A stretch of 64,000 nt of DNA from Planctomycetota bacterium (GCA_038227875.1 JBBRPR010000007.1:128001-192000); one strand, 5' to 3'; numbered from the stretch's first letter, positions 1 through 9,551 are shown. Notes: generated by a model from the letters alone, not told the origin. Numbers and translations: made by a program.

Positions 1-76
1 CGTCCTGATCCGCGCGAGCTGCGAAGCTCAGTGCAAGGACGAGCAAAATCATGGTGGCGGAGAATTTCGTGCGCAT
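1..76 (-). CDS. N-terminus of a secreted protein (runs off the window)
   Basis: Hand translation MRTKFSATMILLVLALSFAARADQD: Sec signal with AxA cleavage site; purine-rich RBS (GAGGGGAAGA) upstream. Confidence 0.7.
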   Translation of the reverse strand, partial: MRTKFSATMILLVLALSFAARADQD

Positions 77-247
77 GAATCAGCTCCGAGTCTTCCCCTC
101 ACAAAACAACTTTATTACTATAACCAGCTAGACGGGCCTGAGTATTTAAAATCGCAGGAAAAGAGCAGAAAACTTTTTGTGTAAGCACGTGTGACACGGG
201 ATTATTTGCACAAATTGCTTGGTAAACAACACGCGCAAGCGGTCGCA

Positions 248-1678
248 CTACATGTCTTCCAGCAGATGCCCCAGCTTGTTCTTCTTCGTCTTCAAATACC
301 TGGCGTTATGACTATGAGCCACCATCTCGATCGGAACGCGTTCGATAATCTCCAAACCGTAACCGCCGAGTCCTACAATCTTGCGCGGGTTGTTGGTCAA
401 CAGGCGGATCTTGCGGATGCCCAGGTCGACCAGCATTTGCGCGCCGATGCCGTAGCGGCGCAGGTCGGGCTTGAAGCCGAGTTCCTCGTTGGCCTGCACC
501 GTGTCGCGACCTCGCTCCTGCAGTTCATATGCCTTGAGTTTGTTGACGAGACCAATGCCGCGACCTTCCTGCCGCATATAGAGGATGGCCCCCTTCCCCG
601 CCTTCGCCACGGCGGCTTGCGCGGCGGCGAGTTGCTGGCCGCAATCGCAGCGCAGGCTGCCCAGGGCGTCGCCGGTCAGGCATTCGCTGTGGACGCGAAC
701 CAGGACGGGGGCCGTCTGAATCGTACCGGGCTTCAAATCGCCCATGGTCATCGCAAGATGGTGTTCGCCGGTGTCGCCCAGCGCCGACTCGTAGGCGAAG
801 AGCCGGAATTCACCGAAGCGTGTGGGCAGCGCAATTTCGGCGACGCGGTTGACCAGCTTCTCCGTGGCGCGGCGGTATTCGATCAGGTCGCGGATCGAAA
901 CGATTCGGATTTTGTGCTCGGCGGCGAAGAGCTCGAGATGGCTCAAGCGCGCCATGCTGCCGTCGTCGTTCATGATTTCGCAGATCACCGACGACGGATT
1001 CATTCCCGCCAGGCGGCAGAGGTCCACGCTGCCTTCCGTCTGGCCGGCGCGGACGAGCACCCCGCCGTCGCGGGCGCGGAGCGGAAACATGTGGCCGGGG
1101 CGCGCGAGATCTTCGGGGCCGCTGCGCGGATCGATGGCCGTTTTGATGGTGTGCGCGCGGTCGGCGGCGCTGATGCCGGTAGTCACGCCTTTTCGCGCCT
1201 CGATGGTGACGGTGAAGGCCGTGCCGAAGCGCGCGGTGTTGGCGTGCGTCTGGAGCGGAAGCTGGAGCTCATCGCAGCGCTTTTCGGTCAGCGAGAGGCA
1301 GATCAGTCCACCGCCGTACTTGCGCATGAAGTTGATCGCCGCCGGCGTGATCTTTTCCGCGGCGATGACCAGGTCGCCCTCGTTCTCGCGGTCTTCGTCG
1401 TCGACGAGGATGATCATCTTACCGTCGCGCAAATCGGCGAGCGCATCGGGGATCGAACAGAAGGGGGAATTTTGATCGGGATGCGGCTGGCCGGGCTGCA
1501 GGGGCTGCAAGGGCGGGTGCTTTTTGCCGTGTGTCGCCTTGCCGGCCTTCTTCCAACGCGCCGCAACGGCCGCGCTGGCGATCGAGCTGCGCTGATTGGG
1601 CGTCAGCGCTCGGGCCCGAGCGTCTCCGCCCTTGGCTGCCGCTTGCGACGATCCAAACCCTGCCTGCTTTTTGCGCAT
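248..1678 (-). CDS. ribBA: Bifunctional DHBP synthase / GTP cyclohydrolase II with a ~70-aa N-terminal extension
   Basis: [54 protein letters not shown] motifs; AAAGGAG RBS upstream of the extended ATG. Confidence 0.97.
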   Translation of the reverse strand: MRKKQAGFGSSQAAAKGGDARARALTPNQRSSIASAAVAARWKKAGKATHGKKHPPLQPLQPGQPHPDQNSPFCSIPDALADLRDGKMIILVDDEDRENEGDLVIAAEKITPAAINFMRKYGGGLICLSLTEKRCDELQLPLQTHANTARFGTAFTVTIEARKGVTTGISAADRAHTIKTAIDPRSGPEDLARPGHMFPLRARDGGVLVRAGQTEGSVDLCRLAGMNPSSVICEIMNDDGSMARLSHLELFAAEHKIRIVSIRDLIEYRRATEKLVNRVAEIALPTRFGEFRLFAYESALGDTGEHHLAMTMGDLKPGTIQTAPVLVRVHSECLTGDALGSLRCDCGQQLAAAQAAVAKAGKGAILYMRQEGRGIGLVNKLKAYELQERGRDTVQANEELGFKPDLRRYGIGAQMLVDLGIRKIRLLTNNPRKIVGLGGYGLEIIERVPIEMVAHSHNARYLKTKKNKLGHLLEDM

Positions 1679-1698
1679 TCGATTTCTCCTTTGCCCTC

Positions 1699-1771
1699 AA
1701 TTTACCGACGCAGGCAAGAATGTCAAAATGCTTGCTGGAGCAAGTACGACGATACATGCCAGGCAAGAATG
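1699..1771 (-). promoter_or_regulatory. Sigma70-type promoter of ribBA overlapped by an operator-like GCAAG array
   Basis: TTGACA (1726-1721)-N16-TAAATT (1704-1699); exact 12-bp direct repeat CAGGCAAGAATG at 1711 and 1760; inverted repeat GCAAGAAT-N6-ATGCTTGC centred on the -35 box. Confidence 0.65.
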
Positions 1772-1933
1772 AGATCCACGAAAAGTGACCCAAAGCGGCT
1801 ATGGAGAATCAGCCAGACAGCGCGTCCTAAGCAATTTAATTTTGAGTTTTGATTTTTGATTTACTTCACAACGGCAGCAATTGGGAATTGTCGTTAGGTG
1901 ATGGCAACGACTCAATACAATCAACGCGGCAAT

Positions 1934-1964
1934 AAAAAAACGCGCCGCTTGCGCGGCGCGTTTT
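1934..1964 (-). terminator. Rho-independent terminator of the small lipoprotein gene
   Basis: 8-bp GC stem CGCGCCGC/GCGGCGCG, GCAA tetraloop, 7-U tract on the minus strand. Confidence 0.85.
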
Positions 1965-1987
1965 AATTCAAACTTTCAACGTCCAAA

Positions 1988-2122
1988 TTAGTTGGACGCG
2001 ACGGACGGCGAGTTGACGGTGCGGCGGTAGTTGTCGCTGTGACAAGAATCGCAGTGATCACCACAGCCAGCAGTCACGACCAAAGCGACGACGGCGGCCA
2101 AAAGAACGAGAGCTTTGCGCAT
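1988..2122 (-). CDS. 44-aa lipoprotein with a CxxCH motif (absent from the ORF track)
   Basis: MRKALVLLAAVVALVVTAG-CGDHCDSCHSDNYRRTVNSPSVASN*; GAGGAGG RBS; lipobox TAGC; own terminator. Confidence 0.85.
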   Translation of the reverse strand: MRKALVLLAAVVALVVTAGCGDHCDSCHSDNYRRTVNSPSVASN

Positions 2123-2339
2123 TGCAGTACCCCTCCTCATAAAGTTTTTCGCGCCACACGGCGCATGGGTTAATTTTCAACAGCGCACGGTAATGCAAAA
2201 GTTAGACCTGATTTAAAATGCGTCTTGTGCACCTATAAAGATGTCTATTTTGATCCCTAAAGACTAGTCGAAATTCGATCAACGTACACACTAAAATCAA
2301 TCGCTTGCTGTTGATTTTTTGAAGGGCAGAATATGGATT

Positions 2340-2684
2340 ATGGAGCCCGATCCCCCGAGGAAAATTCAGTTCCATCTCACCACCGCGCTGTTTGTCATGG
2401 TAGCGCTCGGCGTACTGACGCCATTCCTGCTGCGTTCGTTCCGCGTGTCCTTCCTGGACGGCGCGGCATTGGCGTATGCGTGCGCGCTGCCCATCCTGAT
2501 CGGCGCGCTGGAAGTCGAGTCCTACCTTCTGCGTCGCGCCGATCCCGACGCGAAATGGGAACGCCCACGCCAGGCCGCCACGCGGTTAATGGGCGTTTTG
2601 CTCTGTCTGGTTTTCGAATGGGCGGCGATCGGGCTATGGGCAATCTGCGTGGCGAAAGTCGTGGGTCCGGTCTTCCAGAAATAG
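2340..2684 (+). CDS. Small membrane protein, about 3 TM helices, unknown function
   Basis: Three hydrophobic stretches; fills the gap between neighbouring genes; start uncertain. Confidence 0.7.
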   Translation: MEPDPPRKIQFHLTTALFVMVALGVLTPFLLRSFRVSFLDGAALAYACALPILIGALEVESYLLRRADPDAKWERPRQAATRLMGVLLCLVFEWAAIGLWAICVAKVVGPVFQK

Positions 2685-2739
2685 TACGCCGAGGCAGGCA
2701 GATCCGCGATTCTGCTTTTCCCTTATTAAGGCTACACGT

Positions 2740-2781
2740 GGTAGCCCCGGCAGTTCATTTAAAGAGACTGCCGAGGCTACC
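2740..2781. repeat. Intergenic hairpin (REP-like or terminator) between convergent genes
   Basis: GGTAGCCCCGGCAGT / ACTGCCGAGGCTACC, 15-bp arms with one mismatch. Confidence 0.6.
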
Positions 2782-2818
2782 GTTACTTCGCGAATTCCGT
2801 GTTACGATGCGATTACGT

Positions 2819-4222
2819 TTACTTAATCTTCTTGTGGCCCGGGCGCTTGGCAGCCGCGTCCCAGCTCTTGCGCAGATCCTTCGGGTTGACCGTGCCGTAG
2901 CTCTTGCCGCTGCCGGGAACCAGCGTCTTCTTCGTGTCCAGGTTCGGCAGCGCGTCGCCGTGTCCTGCGATCAATTCATCGCACATTTCGACGATCTGGT
3001 CGAGCGTCAACGTAGCGGCTGTCAACGGATCGAACATCGCGGCCTGGTAGACGTGGTCGCGGCGGCCTTCCAGCGCGGCGCGGATGAACAGCTCATGCTG
3101 CGTGATGTGCGGCTGCATGTAACCGACCAACTGCGGCGGCAGTTCGCCGACGGTCGTGAACTGCAAGCCGGCGCGGTCGACCAGCGTCGGGACTTCGGCG
3201 ATGGCGCTGTCGGGCAGGTTGGAGATCGCGCCGTTGTTGCGCATGTTGCCGTAGACGACGCTGGGTTTGCCGGTGACCATCGAGTGGATGATCGTGCTGC
3301 CGTATTCGTGGCTCTTGCAGACGTTCATCTTCTCGTCGGACTTGCTGAACGTCTTCATCCGTTCGAATTCGTCGATGATGTTGTCGCAGCGGTAGAGGTA
3401 CTCGTCGATCGGCACGTCGTACTTCTTGAAGTGTTCCTCGCCGTGCGGGATGAAGTACGGGCAGTATTCGGCGTTGTGTTCGCTGGATTCGGTGATGAAG
3501 TAGCCGAGGCGCTTCATCAGTTCGAAGCGGACCTTGTTCTTCTGGTAGATCTCCGGGTTCTTCATCGCTTCGAACAGGCGCGGGTAAAGGTCAACGCCGT
3601 TCTTCTCGAGCTTCTGGTAGAAGGCCATGTGATTGATGCCGGCGCAGACGAACGAGATGTCTTCCGACTTCTCGCCGATGTAGCTCATCAACTGGTCGAG
3701 CGTGCCCTGGACGCTGTGACAGAGACCCACGGCCTGAATGTTGCTCGTCCGGGTGATCGTCTGCATGTTCATGGACATCGGGTTGGAATAGTTGAGCAGC
3801 GTGGCCTTGGGGCAGACCTGCATCATGTCCTTGACCAGACCCGAGAGCATCGGGAACGTGCGGAGCGCGCGGAAGAAGCCGCCGGGGCCGGTGGTGTCGG
3901 CGATGGTGAAGTTCAAGCCGTACTTGCGCGGAATTTCGAAGTCGACCAGCGTGCTGTCGAAGCCGCCGATCTGGACCATGTTGATCACGAAGTCGGCGCC
4001 GCGGAGCGCGTCCTTGCGGTCGAGGGTCGTTTCAATTTTGGGGCTGGCGCCGACGGCCTGAGCGACCTTGCGGCAGAGGTTCCCGCCGACTTCCAGTCGT
4101 GCCTTGTCGATGTCCATGTACGAGAACGTGGCGTTTTTGAATTCTGGAAAACCCAGAATGTCGCCGGTTAGATTTTTGGAGAACACGACGCTTCCTGCGC
4201 CGATCAGTGCAACTTTGATCAT
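2819..4222 (-). CDS. melA: NAD+/Mn2+-dependent family 4 glycoside hydrolase (alpha-galactosidase-like)
   Basis: IGAGS Rossmann motif, DTTGPGG, NYSNPM, GLCHS, GINHM, TESSEH; start set at MIKVAL. Confidence 0.9.
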   Translation of the reverse strand: MIKVALIGAGSVVFSKNLTGDILGFPEFKNATFSYMDIDKARLEVGGNLCRKVAQAVGASPKIETTLDRKDALRGADFVINMVQIGGFDSTLVDFEIPRKYGLNFTIADTTGPGGFFRALRTFPMLSGLVKDMMQVCPKATLLNYSNPMSMNMQTITRTSNIQAVGLCHSVQGTLDQLMSYIGEKSEDISFVCAGINHMAFYQKLEKNGVDLYPRLFEAMKNPEIYQKNKVRFELMKRLGYFITESSEHNAEYCPYFIPHGEEHFKKYDVPIDEYLYRCDNIIDEFERMKTFSKSDEKMNVCKSHEYGSTIIHSMVTGKPSVVYGNMRNNGAISNLPDSAIAEVPTLVDRAGLQFTTVGELPPQLVGYMQPHITQHELFIRAALEGRRDHVYQAAMFDPLTAATLTLDQIVEMCDELIAGHGDALPNLDTKKTLVPGSGKSYGTVNPKDLRKSWDAAAKRPGHKKIK

Positions 4223-4349
4223 CGAAAGTTCCTCTCCCTGAAAAAGGGTGTGATGGAGACTGCAGCATGTGACAACGGTGACTAGACTAGCCAATCCTCC
4301 CACCTATACGCCATAGCATTTAGATGACATTACTAGTACAAATGTGACC

Positions 4350-5210
4350 ATGGCTAAGCTGCCGCAGAACCCTGAAACTCAGGCGCCGTGGGTGCGTACC
4401 GGCGAACCGCTGATGTGGATCTCCGGTGCCGGTCGCGAGCGCCGCACGCGAGAGGAAGACTACTACCACGACGCGCGCAAGCGCCCCGATCCCTTTCATC
4501 TGGTGCTGCAATTGACACTGAGTGGCGCGGGATTTTACGAACGGCGCGGTCGCCGGACACTGTTGCGTCCGGGAATGGCATTCTTCGATCACATTCCGGG
4601 AGACTTCATCTACGGATACCCGCCCCACGCAACGGAGGTTTACGATCAGGTTTACCTCTCGCTGACCGGCGCAGTTTCCAAACGCTGGTGGCGGAGGATC
4701 ACGTCGCGGTTTGGTACAATCTTGAACTTCGGCCCGATCAACCCCATCGCACCGTTAATGCTCAGCATCGTCCAGCAGTTTAAGGAACGCAGCGTGCCCG
4801 ACCGCTACCTGGCGTCCGCGCAGGTGTATCAATTGTTGATGACGGTCTTAAGTACGCTCAACCGCAGCAGCGTGACAACCGCGCCACTGGTCAATTCGGC
4901 GCTGGAGCAAATCGAGCGGCGCGGACGGGACGCGGGATTTAACGTCGCAACGCTGGCCCATGAACTGCGCTGCTCGCGCGAATACCTCTCGCGGCAATTC
5001 CGCGGGAGCCTCGGGGTTAGCCCGCTCGATTATCTCACGCAACATCGGCTGCGCCTGGCCGCTCAGGAACTGCGCGGCGACAACGAAAAGCTGGACGTCA
5101 TCGCCCAGCGCGCGGGCTTCGCGGGCGCCAACTATCTCTGCCGCGTTTTTCGTAAACAGTACGGATTGTCGCCCATGGAATTCCGCAAGCGGCCATGGAT
5201 GCTCTCCTGA
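4350..5210 (+). CDS. AraC family transcriptional regulator, divergent from the GH4 gene
   Basis: C-terminal double HTH (SREYLSRQF...IAQRAGF...YLCRVFRKQYGLSPMEFR). Confidence 0.92.
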   Translation: MAKLPQNPETQAPWVRTGEPLMWISGAGRERRTREEDYYHDARKRPDPFHLVLQLTLSGAGFYERRGRRTLLRPGMAFFDHIPGDFIYGYPPHATEVYDQVYLSLTGAVSKRWWRRITSRFGTILNFGPINPIAPLMLSIVQQFKERSVPDRYLASAQVYQLLMTVLSTLNRSSVTTAPLVNSALEQIERRGRDAGFNVATLAHELRCSREYLSRQFRGSLGVSPLDYLTQHRLRLAAQELRGDNEKLDVIAQRAGFAGANYLCRVFRKQYGLSPMEFRKRPWMLS

Positions 5211-5218
5211 AGACCGTG

Positions 5219-6088
5219 TTACTGTTCCCGCCAGATCAAGGGATGAAATTCGTCGCGGAACTTCTCGCCCTTCTTTGGACGCGGATAGAAGTTGATCTCG
5301 CTGTGCTTCTGAATCGGACCGAGGTAACGCGCTTCTGCTGGAAGAAGATGGGCAATCACCGACAGCCGCGGTTCATTCGTCAGATTCGGACCGGAGCCGT
5401 GAAAGCAGAGCGAATGATGGAAACTCACCTGCCCTTTTTTCAGGATGCAGGGCTCCTCAATCCACACTTTGCCCGGTGGTGTGAACTGGGCGCGCAACGC
5501 GTCCATCTGCGTGTTGTAGAATGCTTCATCCTGGTCGATCAGACCCCAGCGGTGTGAACCCACAACGCTGGACATCCCGCCATTGCTGACGTTGGTGTCC
5601 TGCAATGCAATCCAAGCCGTGCACATTTGCGTGGCCGACGAACATTTCCAGTAGGCGTAGTCCTGATGCCAGCCAATGTTTCCAGCGCTCGAAGCGCCTG
5701 CGGAGCCCTGGCCGGGCTTGACGACGATCTGATCATGCCACAGCCGCACTTCCTGGGTATCCATGAGGACCGCGCCAATTTTTCCCAGCGCCGGATGCGT
5801 GACCATCTTCAGCACCCGGTCATTGATCCACCACGCGGCATCGATTTTCCGAATCGCCGTGGGATCCGCCGGGATCTGCTGTTGCTCCGGTTTCGAGAGA
5901 AACCCGTCGCCGTCGTTGGCGCCGCTCCAGATGCGGTCGAACTCCTTCCGCATCAGCTCGATTTCCGCGTCGTCGAACAGCACCGGGCTGATCCAGTAGC
6001 CCTTCTCCTGGTAGCTGGCAAGATCCCCGGCCGTCATCAGGCCCTCACGAAAGGCCGCCTGCGTCTGAATTTCCGCACTCGTCGTCAT
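5219..6088 (-). CDS. Phytanoyl-CoA dioxygenase (PhyH) family Fe/2OG oxygenase
   Basis: WHQD (HxD), TAWIAL, VGSHRW, HGSGPN...R motifs; GGAGG RBS before MTTSAE. Confidence 0.92.
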   Translation of the reverse strand: MTTSAEIQTQAAFREGLMTAGDLASYQEKGYWISPVLFDDAEIELMRKEFDRIWSGANDGDGFLSKPEQQQIPADPTAIRKIDAAWWINDRVLKMVTHPALGKIGAVLMDTQEVRLWHDQIVVKPGQGSAGASSAGNIGWHQDYAYWKCSSATQMCTAWIALQDTNVSNGGMSSVVGSHRWGLIDQDEAFYNTQMDALRAQFTPPGKVWIEEPCILKKGQVSFHHSLCFHGSGPNLTNEPRLSVIAHLLPAEARYLGPIQKHSEINFYPRPKKGEKFRDEFHPLIWREQ

Positions 6089-6178
6089 CGCCTTGCCTCC
6101 AATCCGTTCCGCAGGAAACACAGTACGCTGAAGGTCACCCCATTGTCTTCCAATGTTGTTCATGATACAAAATCATAC

Positions 6179-7078
6179 ATGCCGCGAAACCCGTCCGGAC
6201 CGCGCAAGCCGCGCCACGACCTCCGTCCGCCCTATGAGGCGTGGCATCATCCCCTGCCCGGAATTCCAGAACTGATCACGCTAGGCCGCGATTCGCTGCG
6301 CAAGGTCGTGGACCTCCGGGAACACCGCCATTCCGGCGCCTACGAAATTTGTTACGTCGAGCGCGGAGCCGTGATGTGGTGGGTGGGCGACGAGATTCAC
6401 GAAGTCAAAGGCGGCGACGTCTTCGTGACCTGGCCCGATGAGCGCCACGGCGGCATCGACGATGTACTCCATCCCTGCAAATCGTATTGGATCGAATTCG
6501 ATTTTCCGCGCGTCTACAAACCAGGCTGGCTGGGTCTGCCACGCCGCGAGGGCAAAAGCATTCATGCGGGTTTGAAAAATCTGCCCCGTCGACGTTTTGC
6601 CGGATCGGATGCGATGGCCCGCCTGCTCGATAGCGTGTTCGCGGCGCTCAGCCGCTCCGGCCCGCTCACTGCGGCGAGCGTGCGAGCCAAAGTCGTCACG
6701 CTGCTGGCCGATGTCATCCAGGCGGGAAGAGAGTCTATCGCCGGTGAACCCATCTCGCCACCCGTTGACACCGCGATGAAACTGATGCGTCAGCATCTCG
6801 AAGACCCGCTGCCGGTCCCCGGAATCGCGGAGCGCATTGGCTGGAGCACCTCTCACTTCAAGCGGCAGTTTCGGCGCGAAATGGGTGTGGCACCGGCGGA
6901 ATTTTACCTTCGGCTGCGCCTTGCCGCGGCCCGCAAGCGGATCGAACTGGACGGCAACGCACTCTCCCAGGTGGCGGCGGCGCTGGGCTTCAGTTCCAGT
7001 CAGTACCTCTCCACCTGTTTCCGGCGCGTGACGGGGCGAACGCCATCCAGTTTCCGGAGGCGCCGCGACGATGCCTAA
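6179..7078 (+). CDS. AraC family regulator with a cupin ligand-binding domain
   Basis: HRH...EICYV cupin, C-terminal GFSSSQYLSTCFRRVTG HTH; the upstream part of the 5627 ORF is antisense to phyH. Confidence 0.92.
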   Translation: MPRNPSGPRKPRHDLRPPYEAWHHPLPGIPELITLGRDSLRKVVDLREHRHSGAYEICYVERGAVMWWVGDEIHEVKGGDVFVTWPDERHGGIDDVLHPCKSYWIEFDFPRVYKPGWLGLPRREGKSIHAGLKNLPRRRFAGSDAMARLLDSVFAALSRSGPLTAASVRAKVVTLLADVIQAGRESIAGEPISPPVDTAMKLMRQHLEDPLPVPGIAERIGWSTSHFKRQFRREMGVAPAEFYLRLRLAAARKRIELDGNALSQVAAALGFSSSQYLSTCFRRVTGRTPSSFRRRRDDA

Positions 7079-7262
7079 TACTCCCTAATAAGGGGTAAAC
7101 TTAAATCTAGCCGCCAAATACCGTGTCCCGTTCTGTGCTCATTCCGGAAGTTATTATGAGTCAATGCTTTAGAGCGCGCTTTTCAAATTTGGCACAGAGC
7201 GGCAAAATCGTCTGTCTGGATACAGCGTTTTACCCTACTACTAGTAGGAGGTATTCGATACA

Positions 7263-8390
7263 ATGGCCAGCGCATACGGACCGGGACACGTTGAGAGGAC
7301 GGATATGGACGAATTGCTGGGGCCTGACGACCCGGTCGTCGAGCAACAACCAGAGCCGGAAGTTGAGCCGATCATCGATCAGTCGCTGAAGGAAGCGGTG
7401 CGGGTGGAAGTGGCCCACGCACGCTCCAAGGCGATGCTCAAATTCATGGCCGTGCGCGATCGCGCCGCCGAGATCATCGGTGGCACCATTTTTCCGCATA
7501 TCCCGACCGCCTCCCTGGTGATTGCGATTGTGGCCCTCGCGTTGGCGTATCCGTTGGCGCTCTCAGGACTGGGACACGCGTTGGCCGTTATTATTCCCAT
7601 GGCTTTGATCGGCGCCTTACTGGGATTGGTCAGCAGTCAGAGCAACGTGGGCGTGCTGGGCGTGGGGTTGTCCGTGGCGTCCATCGTGCTGGCATTGAGT
7701 TGCGGAATTTACCTGCGGCATGAAGACCAGGTCGGCCGGAACCAACTGATTCACGAAGGCGTCCAGCAGGCGCAGGAAGCTGGCAAGAAGAACGAAGCCG
7801 AAGTGAAAGCTGCCGAAGAGGCACGCCTGAAGGCCGAAGCCGCGGTCGCCGCCAAGGAAGCGGAAGCGAAAGCCATTAAGAAAGCCGAAGAAGATAAGCA
7901 GGCGGCTGAATTCCTGGCGCAACAGAAGGCGGCCGCAGAACTCGTCGCCGCCAAGGAAAAGAAGCGCAAGGACGACGAAGCCGCCGCCAAGCAGCGTGCG
8001 GATGACGAAATCAAACGGAAGAACGCCGCGGACCTGGCCAAGCAGGCGCAGGACATCCGCAAGTCGGAAGACATCGAGAAGGCGAAGACCGCCTTCCGCG
8101 ACAATTCGCTGAAGGCCGAAGAACTCACCGCCGCGCTGGAAAAACTCGAGACCGCCGCGCAGGTCGCCAAGGATCAGAAGGAAAAGAAGTCGATCTTCCT
8201 CGACCGTCGCAACAGCCCTTCGCCGCCGTCGGAAGACGACCTGAGCAAGGCGCAGAAACAGTTCGACGAATGGAAGGCAGAATACACGCGCCTGATGACG
8301 GAAATCCCGAACACCAAGGCGGAACTCGATAAGGTGAACAAGGCCAAGAAACAGGCCTCGGATCTGCTGGATTCGCTCCAGAAGCCGTAA
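7263..8390 (+). CDS. Membrane protein with about 3 TM helices and a long Ala/Lys/Glu coiled coil (TolA-like composition)
   Basis: AGGAGG RBS; hydrophobic block at aa ~83-150; AEAKAKK-rich helix. Confidence 0.85.
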   Translation: MASAYGPGHVERTDMDELLGPDDPVVEQQPEPEVEPIIDQSLKEAVRVEVAHARSKAMLKFMAVRDRAAEIIGGTIFPHIPTASLVIAIVALALAYPLALSGLGHALAVIIPMALIGALLGLVSSQSNVGVLGVGLSVASIVLALSCGIYLRHEDQVGRNQLIHEGVQQAQEAGKKNEAEVKAAEEARLKAEAAVAAKEAEAKAIKKAEEDKQAAEFLAQQKAAAELVAAKEKKRKDDEAAAKQRADDEIKRKNAADLAKQAQDIRKSEDIEKAKTAFRDNSLKAEELTAALEKLETAAQVAKDQKEKKSIFLDRRNSPSPPSEDDLSKAQKQFDEWKAEYTRLMTEIPNTKAELDKVNKAKKQASDLLDSLQKP

Positions 8391-8409
8391 CGCCATGGAG
8401 TCTCAGCTC

Positions 8410-8445
8410 CAGAAAAGCCCATGGCGCAAGCCGTGGGCTTTTCTG
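8410..8445 (+). terminator. Rho-independent terminator
   Basis: CAGAAAAGCCCATGGC-GCAA-GCCGTGGGCTTTTCTG. Confidence 0.8.
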
Positions 8446-8525
8446 TCTGGAATTGAATAAACTTACCCCAGTATTACATTGTAATAATTAAGCGCGATCA
8501 GGCGCTTTCCTGAGGGTAATTTCCC

Positions 8526-9548
8526 ATGCTGAAACTCATTAACGACGACCACGGCAGTCCGGCCAATTCCAACCCGTCTCCCGTGCCCGCTCCACCGTCC
8601 GACGATCACCTGCTCGACGCCTACTCGCGAGCCGTTTCCGGCGCGGCGGAGAAGATCGGGCCGGCGGTGGTCAACATCGAAGTCTACCAGCGCCGCAGCG
8701 GCAAACCCGGCGGCGGAAAAGGAGGCCACGGCAGCGGCTCGGGCTTCATCTTCACACCCGATGGCTTCATCATCACCAACAGTCACGTGGTCCACGACGG
8801 CATCGACATCCAGGTCGGCTTGCAGGACGGGCGGAAGCTCCAGGCCGTGCTCGTCGGCGACGATCCGGAGACCGACACGGCCGTGATCCGCGTCCACGCG
8901 CACAACCTTCCCGCCGCGCCGCTGGGCGATTCGAAAACGCTGCGACCGGGCCAGTTGGTCGTGGCCATCGGCAATCCGTACGGTTTCCAGTTCACCGTGA
9001 CCGCCGGCGTGGTCAGCGCACTGGGCCGTTCGATGCGCTCCAACAGCGGCCGCCTGATGGACAACATCATCCAGACGGACGCCGCGCTCAATCCGGGAAA
9101 CTCCGGCGGCCCGCTGGTCAATTCGCGCGGCGAAGTCATCGGCGTCAACACCGCCGTGATTCTCCCGGCGCAGGGCATCTGCTTCGCCATCCCCATCGAC
9201 ACGGCCAAGCACGTCGCCGCGCTGCTGGTGCGCAACGGCCGCATCCGCCGCGCGTGGCTGGGACTCGGCGGACAGGTCGTGCCGCTCTCGCGACGCACGA
9301 TCCGCCTGCACGACCTGACTGTGGAAACTGGCGTGCTGGTGCTCTCGGTCGACAACGTCAGTCCGTCGGCCGCCGCTGGTCTGGAGGAAGGCGACCTGGT
9401 CGTCGGCTTCAACGCGCAGCCCGTCGCCGATATCGATCAACTCCACAAACACCTGACCGAAAGCGCGATCGGATTGAAGTCCCAACTGACCGTAATCCGC
9501 CGCGCCGAGAAGCTGACTGTGGAGATTACGCCGATCGAGTCGAAGTAA
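8526..9548 (+). CDS. HtrA/DegP-family serine protease with one PDZ domain and no signal peptide
   Basis: GSGFI, TNSHVV, D(T)AVI, TDAALNPGNSGGPL catalytic triad; C-terminal PDZ. Confidence 0.95.
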   Translation: MLKLINDDHGSPANSNPSPVPAPPSDDHLLDAYSRAVSGAAEKIGPAVVNIEVYQRRSGKPGGGKGGHGSGSGFIFTPDGFIITNSHVVHDGIDIQVGLQDGRKLQAVLVGDDPETDTAVIRVHAHNLPAAPLGDSKTLRPGQLVVAIGNPYGFQFTVTAGVVSALGRSMRSNSGRLMDNIIQTDAALNPGNSGGPLVNSRGEVIGVNTAVILPAQGICFAIPIDTAKHVAALLVRNGRIRRAWLGLGGQVVPLSRRTIRLHDLTVETGVLVLSVDNVSPSAAAGLEEGDLVVGFNAQPVADIDQLHKHLTESAIGLKSQLTVIRRAEKLTVEITPIESK

Positions 9549-9551
9549 GCA

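Noticed and set aside
191..1852. Long antisense ORFs (also 2333-4171, 20962-22383, 35079-36527, 41442-43631, 47972-49741, 59993-62038)
   Set aside because: They mirror well-supported genes on the other strand, lack motifs, and are expected from GC-rich codon bias.
1679..1930. FMN riboswitch upstream of ribBA
   Set aside because: No recognisable conserved FMN aptamer blocks, and the likely promoter is too close to the ATG.
5627..6178. N-terminal extension of the AraC ORF (likewise 29211-29729 for the SurA-like gene and 39838-40047 for the Rieske gene)
   Set aside because: The extensions overlap other genes or promoter DNA and look non-proteinaceous; downstream starts fit the domain boundaries better.
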